From Macrostomum hystrix (lineage: Eukaryota > Animalia > Platyhelminthes): a stretch of DNA of 64,000 nucleotides. The notes beneath the pieces are model-generated. The model did no database searches. It saw only the letters and a list, made by a program, of their open reading frames with translations, and was not told the origin of the DNA. Each line of letters opens with the position of its first letter. Within the stretch, counting starts at the first letter, position 1. Shown one piece after another: positions 52,059-64,000 of this stretch. The stretch is from NCBI GenBank assembly GCA_950097015.1, contig CATNEN010000025.1, positions 3,906,001-3,970,000 of the forward strand. Direction: 5' to 3'. Made by a program: the position numbers and the translations under genes.

Positions 52059-52629
52059 AACAATTGATTCGATCGGTTTGTTCTTAAGAACTTTTTGTGA
52101 CTATGAAACACTTTCGCCGTGTTGCTATTGTTGTTCCTTGTTTTGATAGCCAAATACATTCGTCTGAAATCCGGCAACAATCGAAAAAAGCCGACAAACA
52201 ATTAAATTGTTACCGCAAGTATGGATGCTGGAAACCATAGACAAAAGGGTACAATACTCTTTGTTGTATGCGCTCACTCAAGCAAGACATGCATCCACCC
52301 CAATTTCGGAGGAAATTCCTTCCCCATAGAGGAAAGAAAATGAGATTGCGAAGGACTTTCACCAGACAACTTTGATCCATCCTGATACGCCCCACGAACT
52401 GTGTGCCACAGATCAGTGACCTTAGCCCTTGTGCCAGCAGCAGTAAATTCCTCTCTCATTATTAGTAGCTAGTGTCTTGCTGCTCAGGCATTAGCGCTAC
52501 CTTAGGTATAACCCAAACTGCGTGGAAAATAACTATCCCCACCCTCATAACTTGTTACCACCCCCCAACTCAGCTCACCAACCCTAAATCCAACAAATAG
52601 AGAGAGAGCTGAGAGGTCTGCTACATTTA

Positions 52630-52830
52630 GTTCCCATTTTTGGCACTACTTTTACAGTAATATTGGCACTAGTGGGCACAAAACTTTGGCACTATATGGC
52701 ATCTAAGCAGTGCCAGATTTTGGCGCATAGTGCCAGGCTAGTGCCTTACATTTTTGGCAATATGGCAAACCAAATTTTGGCACTATTGAACCCCCAAATA
52801 AGGCACTATTTGGGGGCTAAAAGTTTTCTG
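52630..52830. mobile_element. Remnant of a TIR-transposon end with GGCACT/AGTGCC subterminal repeats
   Basis: About 8 copies of TGGCACT in both orientations; no complete element. Confidence 0.4.
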
Positions 52831-53569
52831 TTTCGGCTTAGAGATCCTTAATATCACAATCAAATGCAGTGAGATATGTCGAGACCATCTCAGTATACCA
52901 AGAGTTTGGCAAAGGAGAATAGTGGGGTGCGCAATTAGATGTCTAAAATATGCCCTCGCACTGCCGCAGTCTGCACTCTTCTAACAGCCTTTACTAAATC
53001 ATACATAGATAATTTTTTTACTTCTTCCACCAGCTTAGTTTTTTTAATCCCACTATATGTAGCATTTTGAAAAGCAACAAAATATATCAACCTTCTTTTG
53101 AAACAACTAAAGTTAAATGTGACTTTATGTTTTCATATATAACATAATTGTGCTCTACCGTGAAATTTTGTCTACTGGAGGGAAAAGATTATAACACAGG
53201 ATTATATATAAATGTGTAGCCTTTGTAGTGTAACATAAAAAAGGAAGAATGGGTCAGATTAGTAACTAGACATTTTATTGCTTAGTTAAATGCCTTTAAT
53301 TAAAAGAACAACAACATTGTTTATATTGTGAACTCTAAAAAGCTAATCTTAAAAATTAACAAATCCCAAATCTAAAGGGATTATCAAAACTATAATCATG
53401 TGAATTAATAAAGCCTGAATCTTAGGTATTGAAAATTATTTAGCCCTAGAGACAAAAACAACCTATAGAATCTGTTATCCTAATAACTTTTAGATAATAT
53501 AAATAATATACAAGTGAATACATATAGCTACTTAGGATAAACATAGGAAAAAATTTCATCCTTTCTCAC

Positions 53570-53873
53570 CATTGTGCAGTAACATATGCTTGGCCAGAGC
53601 TGATGCTGAAGACAGTGTTTGGGCACATACTCCACAGCTAGTGCGCTCATTGCCCAGATGAGTCCGACTCATATGCTTGCTTAAGCCAGCCTGATTAGCA
53701 AACTTAGAGCCACACAGAGCACAGTTAACTGGCTTGTAAATTGTACCATGGATTTTTGAAGATCCGACAGTGGGAAAACTTTGATATTGAAATGTAGCCA
53801 GTTGAACACTAGTATGTATGATCTGAACAGGCATTAGAGGTGGCTCATCATCTTCTTCAAACATTGCTTTTTG
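53570..53873 (-). CDS. C2H2 zinc-finger protein, upstream exon (two fingers)
   Basis: CALCGSKFANQAGLSKHMSRTH and CGVCAQTLSSASALAKHMLLH. TTTTCAG acceptor at 53874; GTGAG donor in phase 1 after CAC AAT G, matching the 33125 exon to give the linker HNG|AAPFQC. Start may be ATG 53864 or lie further upstream. Confidence 0.85.
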
Positions 53874-54876
53874 CTGAAAAATAAGTTTTAAAGTAGCTAG
53901 AATGATATAGCATTACTAAGAACAATATGCTTAGATAGTATGTTGCATTATTGAAAAAATGGCCAGAAATAATTGTGTGCAACACACACTCTTGTTTTGG
54001 CTATTATTGAACTCTGCAACATACTATGCAATATACAATTGTACAATGAAAAGCAATTATATCCCCCTACATTTTATTAGGCCCCTATTGTTGTCTTTAT
54101 TGTCTTTAAGCAGTTTGTTCCACTGATTTCAGTGCAAGCTATATTAGAGAACTCAAGATATGGAGACTAGATATAGTAAACATAAGTTCCCATAACCATA
54201 TCCATGGTTATATTGGTTATCTGTCACTTCCTATAGCCCTATCCTTAGAAATAACAAAACTCTATCCAAAACCAATGCCCCAAAATAAAAATCCTAAGCC
54301 AATCTATTTAAAAATGGGGTAGCAAAGCAGTCAATTGTACAGATAAAAATGTATGCTTCAGCTTGGCCAGAAAGGCACAGTTTGATATATAAACTCATTT
54401 AAGTTTATCTGGCAATAACTGTAGTTTGTCTAAAATATTAGTTTCTACCATTGAAAATGAAAGAGCATCAAATATACACAAACAAAACACTAATAGCAAG
54501 CATTCTAGGTAGTTATTAACTTAGTTACAATATTAAACTAATTCACAGCAGATAATAATAATAATCAGTAATGATAACACCACAAGTAAACAAAACTAAA
54601 TAGTATTGAATGGAAATGGACAAAATTTGGTCTACATCTGCATGTCAATGTTCTTTGGATTAATATGACATTAAATTAGTAATCAACTTTGGCATTGTTA
54701 TCAACTGATTGTGTTGTGCTGCTTGCTTTCAAGTTACACTTAAAACTGATTGTATAATAGCTATTGTTTCACGTTGGATCGCTTTACTTGTGCTAGCTAT
54801 TAAGGGTGGCTTTTAGTAGGTGGGAACAGGAATAATGCAGAAAACAATTCTGGACAAGTCTAGCTATGTGGAATGG

Positions 54877-55321
54877 GGTACCTGGACACTTTGTCATCTT
54901 ACAACTTTGTCATCCAGATGACCATCTGTCCAATATCTCAGAGGGTAGATGACGAAAAGACTTAGACTTGTGGACACTTTGTCATCTATAAAACAAAATT
55001 TTTTAAAGTTAGAACAGAACCACCCCTCCCCACCCCTCCTCACATCGTGTAGGCACCTATCTTTCAACTCTTATATTGTAATCAGTTTTGACACCTCTTT
55101 TTGACAAATAGAGTGTGAAGTGTGTTCACACCTCTGCCCCACCACCCCACCCTCACTTTATTGATGACAAACTTGATTGCTTGTTATTAGTAGATGACGA
55201 ACTGACCAAACTTTAAAGCATGCCAATTGGCTGGATAACGAAGTGTCCTACCATCCAAGTGGATGACAAAGTTGTAAGATGACGAAGTTGTAGGCCTAAG
55301 ATGACAAAGTGTCTAGGATCC
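54877..55321. mobile_element. MITE with 9-bp TSD (MULE/Mutator-like)
   Basis: TIR GGTACCTGGACACTTTGTCATC vs GGATCCTAGACACTTTGTCATC; exact TSD GTGGAATGG (54868-76 / 55322-30); GATGAC(A/G)AA subterminal repeats. Confidence 0.85.
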
Positions 55322-56264
55322 GTGGAATGGAAACACACATGGATTTAAGTTAAATAACATGAATTAATGGCCTTAGCTGATCATTAGCAAATGCAAACAA
55401 TAAATCAGAGGTATAATTTTAGCCTGCATTGGTTTTACAAGTATAGGTAATTGGGCCCAGACAGGCGACAGTTGGGCCTGATATTATTTGATAAGTACGT
55501 TGCTCGCGAGTATAGAACACCATAGTAAAAATAAATTGAAAAAACAATGGGATTTTTAAGTGGTGTGAAAAATCTTTGCCAATCGGAGTCTATGGATTTC
55601 TTAATGATAATTAGCAATAGAGTAAATTATTCAATTATTACTAGGCCCTATGATAATTGGTTACCTAGTTTGTTTAGAAAAAATATTACTGAGCTAGGTA
55701 AAGACAGCATGACAGAACCATAATCAAGTAGTAACATTGATATCGGAGCAATGAGTTGTGGATTTAAGTGGTTGCATTCTAAATGCATGATAATACATTC
55801 TCAATGCGTGAAAATAAATTTCATTGATACGATTCAAGCATGATACTAGATTTTCGAGGACACAAACACATTTTGATTAAATTAAATAATGAAGCAAAAG
55901 AAAACTTGAATGCATCGCGCCATTTTTTCGTTTTTCGTTTTCATACTAAAATAGTCTCCTACTTCGACTTTCACACAGATTGATCACGGTATGACGAAGA
56001 CAAGACGAGTTCGAGTGCAGACAAGTTCATTCGGTTGAGGCTGTTAATATTGTTTATTTGACGATAGAGACCAATATAGCGAATGAGTGTAGCGGCAAGG
56101 GGGACAAGCAATTATTATACGTCATCCTGGCGGTAGGCTGTTGGCGGCAATGGCTAGAGCAACACATATTCAGACGAACGACTGAGGTAGAAAATAAACC
56201 TTAACGACTTCTTGTGGGTCTACAGGCTAAGCTAATTCTGGATTCAAGTATGACTGCTGACTGC

Positions 56265-56335
56265 TCGCCAATGCCAATGCCAATGCCAAATAGCCGCCAA
56301 GCTATTTACGCGTGACGCAGGGGCGGAAAAAACAG
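56265..56335. promoter_or_regulatory. Candidate promoter between the divergent zinc-finger and TENT5 genes
   Basis: Three tandem CCAAT boxes (GCCAAT x3), GCGTGACGC and GGGGCGGAA in a CpG-containing patch. Confidence 0.3.
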
Positions 56336-57654
56336 CAATTTGAACTTATTTAAATATGAATAATTTCTCGGAAAATACGTATATGCTAAATTTAACAAAA
56401 GACGATTAATACATACGGATTGAATGCATACACTATCAGTAATTCTTAAATGCCATTCAAAATAAATAAATACATACTAAGATGATTCAGAAATACACTG
56501 ATATAATATAAATATTTCACTAAACCTAATCCGTCACAACGGGAAGGTTATAGTTCATGCAACTCACACCTCATAATCATATGTCATGGGCATCAATATG
56601 TAAAAATATTTGCAAAAGTAATTAATAATTAGATTAGCCTTCTTAAGTTTATCACACAACGCACTGGGAAAAAATTCTACCAATCATTTAATTGTCAGAC
56701 TCCATCTCATCATCTCAGTGTCTTTAGCAGCAAGAGACAAATGAATGATATTAATTCAATGACTAAAAGGTAAGTTTATTATGAATCTGCATAATTGTGT
56801 GCTGGAAAAAATTGACACAAAAGACATGCTTAGAGATGATATGAATAAAGATTGAGGAAGCCCGGGTGTCGTGACCGCGCATTAATCTCTTATTTTTTCA
56901 TGCAACCTAGATGGCAAGAGCTGGTCCATCTCTCACTCAGATCTCAAACCACTGGGGCAAACGCACTGCAAGCAAGTCCAAAAAGGGGACCGCGGGTGGC
57001 TTTGAAGCTTTGCACAGCACGCAATGCACCATGGCATGCTGAGGGGGCTTAAAACGCTGACGACTTATCAAGTGGAGGCATGGGCCAATCTAAGCTGTGT
57101 TCATGGCATCGGCAGCCCTGTTTCATGCGGTCTTTCAGAAAATCTTCATTCTGAAACAGACAAGCTGCTGACTTGATGCAATGGGAAAAGAAATCTTGAT
57201 ATTTACGCACGCGGGGCCTAAGGGAGAGAGACAGCTGGCGGATATTTTCTGTCTCACCCACACCTTGGTCCCTTAGTCCTACTTTCTTCCCCCCCTCCGC
57301 CCACACAAGGTATGAATGTGAGCAGATACCTCAGCAGAGATCTTCATCAGCATGGCTCTCCAACACTGGGTGGTGCGGGGTGGCCGCTGCAGAGATCCCA
57401 ATTAACTGCATGGCTATTTCACGGGTTCGCCAAAAAGCTAGGAGAGCTGTGATTGGTCAGCGAGTCTACTAGAATAAAAAAAGTCCCCCGTGGAGGTACG
57501 CATAAGACAAGAGGGCAATAAAGGTACTATTTAGAAATATTGAGGCCGATGCAGACAAGACAGACGGAGAAGGACAAGTGTAGTAAGGACATTCGCAGAC
57601 AGACAGGAGTGACAAGCTGAGAACGGGAGAGATTGAAACCTCACCATCCAGACA

Positions 57655-57994
57655 ATGAGCGACAGTGGTGTTGATACTAGCGGTCGGATCAATGATCAGG
57701 ACGATGTGGAAGTTGACGCTGAAGACGACAGCGGCCTCGACAAACTTGACGCTAGTCTTGACAGACGGCGATACAGCATACTGCGTCGAGACCAGCTTCG
57801 AAGGCTACACGAGCTGCTCCGGCGACAAGTAACGCTTCGCGGCCGTCCGCAGCCGTCTGGCTTGGGCTCCAGGAGCCCTGTGCTGCGACTACAGCTCAGC
57901 GACCTGCTGCGACGGCTGCGCGCTCGTCTGTCGAGTGCCGGCGTGCCTGTGCGAGATGTACGCCTCAATGGAAGCAGCGCCAGCTTCGTCATTG
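57655..57994 (+). CDS. TENT5: Terminal nucleotidyltransferase 5 (FAM46) exon 1
   Basis: ...VRDVRLNGSSASFVI is the FAM46 signature; GTGAGT donor in phase 1. Confidence 0.93.
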
Positions 57995-59729
57995 GTGAGT
58001 GCAGAGCTTGCAAGCTTGTAGCCAAGTGCTTAGAGCCTGAGACTTCTCACCGAAAGCTCCGGAGTTTGAATCTTTTAGCCCGACCGGGAAGCTATTTGTG
58101 TCCCTAATTCAGTCCACAGACTGAACAGCTGTACGCAGCCTTTGGAACTTATCTCATGTTCGTCGCCAAATCCTTCGTCGATTAAAAAACTTTCTCATGA
58201 TGCATTTGATTACTATCCCTGTTCTTCTTAAAGCTCTTTTTGTAATCGTAACGAGTAAATTCTCGCTTACAGCTATATAAAAGGTTGAAAATTGAATTAT
58301 TCCTCACCTCGATTGGTTATTATTCTGCACGTGATGTCTGCATCCACAACAAAACTGTAGAAGTATGCAATTCAAATATTCGTATTTATAATACAGACAA
58401 TCACTGAGTTGAATAATCATAATAGAACTGGGGGTATTATCATGGGATTGATGAAATCTGAAATTGATATCAAAGCTTAGCTTCACTGCTGGTATACTAA
58501 AATGTACGCTCGGATTTACCATCGTACTATGTATTGTCATTCCCAGTTGATTGACTCTATAGAACTGCTCATTTTCGCAGCACGCAATCATGAGCATGCA
58601 AAGCACCTCCACAATGGGAATGAACTTATTGAAAACCAGCATTCACAAGCAACTATCGGTAGCACTATAAACTATAAACTATATACTATCGGTGGCAGTA
58701 AAATTAGCAGCAGCATTAGCTAGTTTGTGGGTGTATAGTGACCACAGCCCAGTCCATGGACTGAACAGCAAAACTACAGGATGTGCGGCGTATTAGCTGC
58801 GAATGTGAAAGATCATCGTCATTAACATTAGGTAATAGTTTCATGGGTTAATCATAAATTTCATCACTGATTCGATGCTTAAAAACCCTGTAAAAGGCGT
58901 CATTTGCTAAAGTTACGTGAATTTTGTTTCTTTGTATGCTCTTCAACAAGCTTCTTACTCGACTCTGCAAAGAACCGTGAGGTTGCTTTTGCCACAGAGT
59001 CTAAGCAGTTTTCCTTGCTATTTTCCTCGACATTTTTAGATTTGCGCACCGCCACAAAAACTGTTACCGCAGCCGCACGCTGTGAGAAACTCAGTCGGGA
59101 CTCTGAGCTCCGCAATCGATCGAAATTGTTCGCGCAAAATAGACTCAATATATAGCTACATTCCCCCCTGCGCGAACTCAAGAACACCTGGTGCCACTAG
59201 GTGGAATTTGCCGCGACGCTGGGATGGGTTTCAAGTTAATTGTCTTCTTCAGTTTAGCCGATGACTCGCCTGTCCCTCGACGTCTCCATGCTCAGTGGGT
59301 TTTTACTCGCAGGCGGGTCATTGTGTGAGGACTGCACTGCTATTACATTTTTGAGCGTTTATTTTTAGATGCTGATTAATGGTGGTCGCTTTCTTACGTG
59401 CACATTTTCTGAAAACGAAAGATTGCTGGTTGCTTTGGACTGACTGATCCGCTGAGTCCAGGAATCGGGTAAAGAACTTTGTCATTCACGGTAGTGGGTA
59501 AAAAACTCACGGCCTGATTCCCATAACAGGAGTTCCCAAAATCTGACAGCTGCAGACAGATCCTGTTTGATTAGTACTTCTGAGGAGGAATTTTCTGCAT
59601 CTTTTCTTGCCACTGTTTCTATCCGACATGTGTTCTCTCACTGACCAATAACTCTGGGGAATTCTCTTAGAAGGTAAGCAGTGGTCGGCAGGATCCGGCT
59701 CACGGATCAGATACGGCTCATGAATCTCC

Positions 59730-60620
59730 CGTCCCATCTCTAACCTGTTTCATCTCTCCCATGTCTCATCTCTCCCGTTTCTCATCTCTCCCGTGTCTAA
59801 TCTCTCCCGTGTCCCATCTCTCCCGTGTCTCATCTCTCCCGTTTCTCATCTCTCCCGTGTCCCATCTCTCCCGTGTCCCATCTCTCCCGTGTCTCATCTC
59901 TCCGGTGTCTCATCTCTCCCGTGTCCCATCTCTCCCGTGTCCCATCTCTCCCGTGTCCCATCTCTCCCGTGTCTCATCTCTCCCGTGTCCCATCTCTCCC
60001 GTGTCCCATCTCTCCCGTGTCCCATCTCTCCCGTGTCTCATCTCTCCGGTGTCTCATCTCTCCCGTGTCCCATCTCTCCCGTGTCTCATCTCTCCCGTGT
60101 CTCATCTCTCCCGTATCTCATCTCTCCCGTTTCTCATCTCTCCCGTGTCCCATCTCTCCCGTGTCCCATCTCTCCCGTGTCTAATCTCTCCCGTGTCCCA
60201 TCTCTCCCGTGTCCCATCTCTCCCGTGTCTCATCTCTCCCGTGTCCCATCTCTCCCGTGTCCCATCTCTCTCGTGTCTCATCTCTCCCGTGTCTAATCTC
60301 TCTCGTGTCTCATCTCTCCCGTGTCTTATCTCTCCCGTATCTCATCTCTCCTGTGTCTCATCTCTCCTGTGTCTTATTTCTCCCGTATCTCATCTCTCCA
60401 GTGTCTTATCTCTCCCGTATCTCATCTCTCCTGTGTCTTATCTCTCCCGTGTCCCATCTCTCCCGTGTCCCATCTCTCCCGTGTCTCATCTCTCCCGTGT
60501 CCCATCTCTCCCGTGTCCCATCTCTCTCGTGTCTCATCTCTCCCGTGTCTAATCTCTCTCGTATCTCATCTCTCGCGTGTCTTATCTCTCCCGTGTACCA
60601 TCTCTCCCGTATCTCATCTT
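59730..60620. repeat. 16-bp minisatellite (CATCTCTCCCGTGTCC) in the TENT5 intron
   Basis: About 55 tandem copies, degenerating at the right end. Confidence 0.97.
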
Positions 60621-61009
60621 CCACGCTCGCATGCCTCATGTCTTCCCTGTCTTATCTTTCATTTCTCATTCAAAGGACTTTTTAACCAACAACCCTGCTT
60701 AGGTCGGAAAGAACCAACTGTTTAAAAAGACGAATAAATTTGACAAATGGACAAATATTGCTCCGTTTCTCTGCAGCCACTCAACGCATTCGTGTCATTC
60801 TTGTGTGCCTCGCTGCTGAGGAATCCTCTTCAAAGACCAGGGCGGGGCCAGAGCAGCCTGTAAAACTGACTCGAGAATGCTGTTCTGTACAGTTTAAGCC
60901 AAAGGCTTTTCCCATCACTTCTGCGCAAGAGTCAAGCAGGTGAAGGGCTTCCGCCTTTCGGGTTCACGTGGATGTCAAAATTTCCTCCTTCGAACTATGT
61001 GGAAGATAA

Positions 61010-61160
61010 CATCATGTACTGATACTCCTATCTTAATGACACCTAGTGATACTCCTACATCAATCACGTCTAGTGGCACATCTACCTTAATGGCATCTAG
61101 TGATACTCCTAACCTCAATCACATCTAGTGGCACATCTACCTTAATGACATCTTCTACCC
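61010..61160. repeat. Short degenerate tandem repeat (GATACTCCT / TCTAGTGGCACATCTACCTTAATG)
   Basis: 2-3 imperfect copies near the TENT5 exon 2 acceptor. Confidence 0.55.
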
Positions 61161-61222
61161 CAGTGTCTTCATTCTAAAAGCCTCCTAGATCTCCCCGATA
61201 ACCTGTTCCTGTTGCCTTCCAG

Positions 61223-62325
61223 GTTCGCAGCCGGGTCAGTGCTACAACGACCTCGACCTGCTGTTCAGCGTCAACCTAAGCTCGCCGTCGACCTTGGACA
61301 CAATCAAATCGGCGGTTCTTGATTGCCTGAGACACTACCTACCTGGGACTGACCAGCTGAAGCCGTCAATGGAGTCGTACATTCGCAAACTGGTCCGCGT
61401 TCTGGACTCAGACCGTTGGTCCCTAATTAGCCTCGGCAGCGGCGACTTCGATATTAGCGACTCCGACGGCGACGAAGACGTCGATAGCGTGTCGACTGTC
61501 GAGCTGAAATTTGTCGACCAAATGCGACGCCAGTTCGAATTTACAGTTGACAGCTTCCAGATCGTGCTGAACAGCATCGACGAAGGCAAGGATGAAGAAA
61601 GCGACGACTGCCGCCCTAGGCGAGTCCTGGCCGAGTCAGTTTCCGGCTGTTTCGCCGAAGCCGCCGGCCATCTGGCGCGTCGCGAGATTTGCACCAGCCG
61701 GCCGGAGGAGATCCGCGGCGGCGGCCTGCTGACGTACTGCCGCCTGCTGGCCGAAGGCTACCGTCCAGCTCCGGGCATCGAGCCAGCCAGCCTAGAGAAG
61801 TACATGTGCTCCAGGTTCTTCATCGACTTCCCGGATCCGGCTAGCCAGCTGGGAAAGATTCGGTCCTACCTGTCGGCGCATTTCCCCAGCCGGGCCAGCA
61901 CGGGCCAGTCGGACAAACGGCTGGGCTACCTCGGCATCCTGCGCTCGGTTGTCCAGAGTTCCACGATCTGCCTGATGCAGCGAGAGAGGCACAGCATCCT
62001 GCGCCTCATCAGCCTGCTGGCCGAGGAGATTCGCCACGCTCAAAGCTCTGTCAGCCTGGAGCCCTTTAGCTCAGGCGCTGGCGGTTGGCGCGCCGAGCAG
62101 ATTGTCTATGGCACAACCCACTTTCCCTGGGAGCTGTTAGCCTCACTGCAGCAGCATCAGCAACAGCAGCAGCAGCAGCGGCAGAGGCGCGGTGGAGCCA
62201 GTCGGCGCAGTAGGCCTCTGTTGGGCTGCATTTTGTCTACCAGCAGTGGTCACGTGGCTTTCAACTGCCTGGCTTCGTTGGCCATTTTCCGAAAAGCCGA
62301 AGTGAAGCCAGTGGGCTCGGAATGA
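61223..62325 (+). CDS. TENT5: Terminal nucleotidyltransferase 5 (FAM46) exon 2
   Basis: TTCCAG acceptor, phase 1. YNDLDLLF catalytic Asp pair, DRWSLISL, VELKFVDQMRRQFEFTVDSFQI, IRGGGLLTYCRLL, KYMCSRFFIDFPD. Spliced product ~480 aa. Confidence 0.95.
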
Positions 62326-62424
62326 TAGCAACTGTTGGCTCATTGTGGCTGAGCACCAATGGAACTTGAAAAACTTTGTTTTAAATAGGGAAATAGGGTC
62401 GGGTTAAGCAGGAGTCTATGCAAG

Positions 62425-62740
62425 AATCGAAGCAGAAGCCTTAGCGAGAATCGAAGCAGAAGCCTTAGCGAGAATCGAAGCAGAAGCCTTAGCGAGAATC
62501 GAAGCAGAAGCATTAACCAGAATTGAAGCAGACTCCATAGCGAGAATCGAAGCAGACGCCTTAACCAGAATCGAAACAGAAGTCTTAGCGAGAATCGAAG
62601 CGGAAGCCCTAACCAGGCTTTGGTTGACATTGAGTGCTGGTTGTGGTTGAGATTGAGTACTTGCTTTGGTTGAGATTGTGTAGCTTTGGTTGAGATTGTG
62701 TAGCTTTGGTTGAGATTGAGTACTGGCTTAGATTGAGACT
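62425..62740. repeat. 24-bp tandem repeat (AGAATCGAAGCAGAAGCCTTAGCG, ~8 copies) followed by 20-bp GCTTTGGTTGAGATTGTGTA repeats
   Basis: Read directly downstream of the TENT5 stop codon. Confidence 0.85.
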
Positions 62741-63184
62741 GAAAGCGGTTTTTTGTTGTTTCAGTTCTGCGCAGCGCTCAGCATACTATGCCCCTCTGTT
62801 ATATAGTACAGATCGCAAATCACCACTTATTGACAGTATTTTCCTCACCCGAAGATCACACTGTTATTTTATAACGAAAATCTAAAACTAAATTTTCCTT
62901 GGTGTTGCTTTTGTATGAAACTTTGTCCTGAATAGTGATTTGAGCACTGAATCGATGTAAAAAGGAGCTAGACTTGTGATTATTTTAGACGGCTTTAAAA
63001 TAGAGCAGTTTGATTGTATTTTCGTCAGTATTTTACTAAATTCCTAAATAATCCAGCAATTCAGCACCTCTTTGACTGTTCAATGGGTGAAAAAATATAT
63101 GAAATTCCTAGCTTCTTAAACTATCAGTAGAGCTACCAAGGGAGGGAATACCCTCCTGCAGTTATTTGTGCTGCACCTGAACGG

Positions 63185-63950
63185 AGCAACGCAAGCTCAC
63201 AAAACTCATGAACACGCGTCAACTTTTTGTTGCGCATCTTCTGAAACAAGAATCACGTCGCCAGCCCTTCAGATCGTCGAGATATTCAATGGTTCTGGCC
63301 GAAGGTCAGATCTTTCCCTTAAGAGCTAGTGCATTTCCTACACTCGTATATACTGCGCCTCAGTACCGCATTGCCAGGCCTTCAAACTTTATCAGCATGT
63401 CACCTGAATGTTCCTGCATCATCTCCGACATTTTTTGTTTACTGACCTTTATCTAGACGGAGCTGCTGGACCTTCAAAAAGTGGCACCAGTCAAATATTG
63501 ACACCCTGATGCAAATTTCTTCCATTTCGCTGATCAAGCTTCAATATGGGACAAAGCTCAACCACAGGACACTCGCCTAGTCTGTCAACTAACCAGTCAC
63601 CGCCCTGAAGCCGCCGGCAGAGTGCCTACAGCTGGCTATGGAGTCCCTTAGGCGAATTTTTCTAGTTTCTCAGATGAAGCCTCGATATTAGCCTAAACTT
63701 AACCAAAACTTGTCGAAGGTCCAGCAGGTCTGTCTAGATAAAGGTGAGTAGCCTGGCAATGCGGCACTTGGACGCAGTGTATACGAGTGTAGGAAATGCA
63801 CTGGCTCTTAAGGGAAAAATCTGACCTTCGGCCAGAACCATTGAATATCTCGACGATCTGAAGGGCTGGCGACTTGATTCTTGTTTCAGAAGATGCGCAA
63901 CAAAAATTTGGCCCGTGTTCTTGAGTTTCGTGTGCTTGCGTTTCTCTGTT
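63185..63950. repeat. Long imperfect inverted repeat (~250-bp arms, ~235-bp spacer); possible foldback/long-TIR element
   Basis: 63185-63480 is the reverse complement of 63715-63950 apart from a ~60-bp extra block in the left arm; the same peptide appears on opposite strands in the ORF track. Confidence 0.85.
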
Positions 63951-64000
63951 AACGGAGATGACTTAATATTCATTACTTACAACTGATAAAAAAACGAAAA

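Larger units (their letters stand above)
33126..53569 (-). other. Inferred ~20.4-kb intron of the zinc-finger gene, filled with nested mobile elements
   Basis: Phase-compatible GT/AG ends and a finger-linker-like junction; I found no additional host exon in between. Confidence 0.7.

Noticed and set aside
52210-52459. Possible extra exon of the zinc-finger gene
   Set aside because: No finger motif; the flanking exons already join in phase with a proper linker.
56850-57400. GC-richer stretch with short ORFs upstream of TENT5
   Set aside because: Multiple stops in all frames and no recognisable motif.
57995-58107. ORF-track extension of TENT5 exon 1 and the start assigned at 61294
   Set aside because: Read-through into the intron and a non-ATG start; the true structure is spliced 57994 to 61223.
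58880-59720. Short ORFs in the TENT5 intron as a nested gene
   Set aside because: No recognisable domain or consistent splice pattern.
59761-60725. SHLSRVPSLPCLISPV-repeat ORFs
   Set aside because: All frames are open only because of the 16-bp minisatellite, which lies inside the TENT5 intron.
62340-62630. Minus-strand LLRFSLRL-repeat ORF
   Set aside because: Translation of the 24-bp tandem repeat.

Overview
Eukaryotic (animal-like, spliceosomal introns) genomic window; the species cannot be determined from the sequence. 1-25.8 kb is a 26-bp G-rich satellite with hierarchical higher-order repeats. Three host genes follow. (1) Calcineurin B (minus, 3 exons, 168 aa). (2) A C2H2 zinc-finger gene (minus) whose exons at 53.6-53.9 kb and 32.1-33.1 kb splice in phase across a ~20.4-kb intron. 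(3) TENT5/FAM46 (plus, 2 exons, ~480 aa). The giant intron is a nest of mobile DNA. Its main feature is a 10.7-kb CACTG-ended (CMC-EnSpm/CACTA-like) element with ~40-bp TIRs and a TG TSD, whose removal restores an interrupted ORF. Inside it lies a ~5.6-kb degraded endogenous copy of a toti-like dsRNA virus: capsid-like ORF1, an in-phase U_UUA_AAC -1 frameshift site with an H-type pseudoknot, and an RdRp truncated at motif A. ORF1 is itself interrupted by an LTR-like promoter cassette. Also present: Crypton tyrosine-recombinase elements, Tc1, Harbinger-, Merlin- and MULE-type non-autonomous elements, a small retroposon, minisatellites and a long inverted repeat. All family assignments come from motif recognition by eye; no database search was run.
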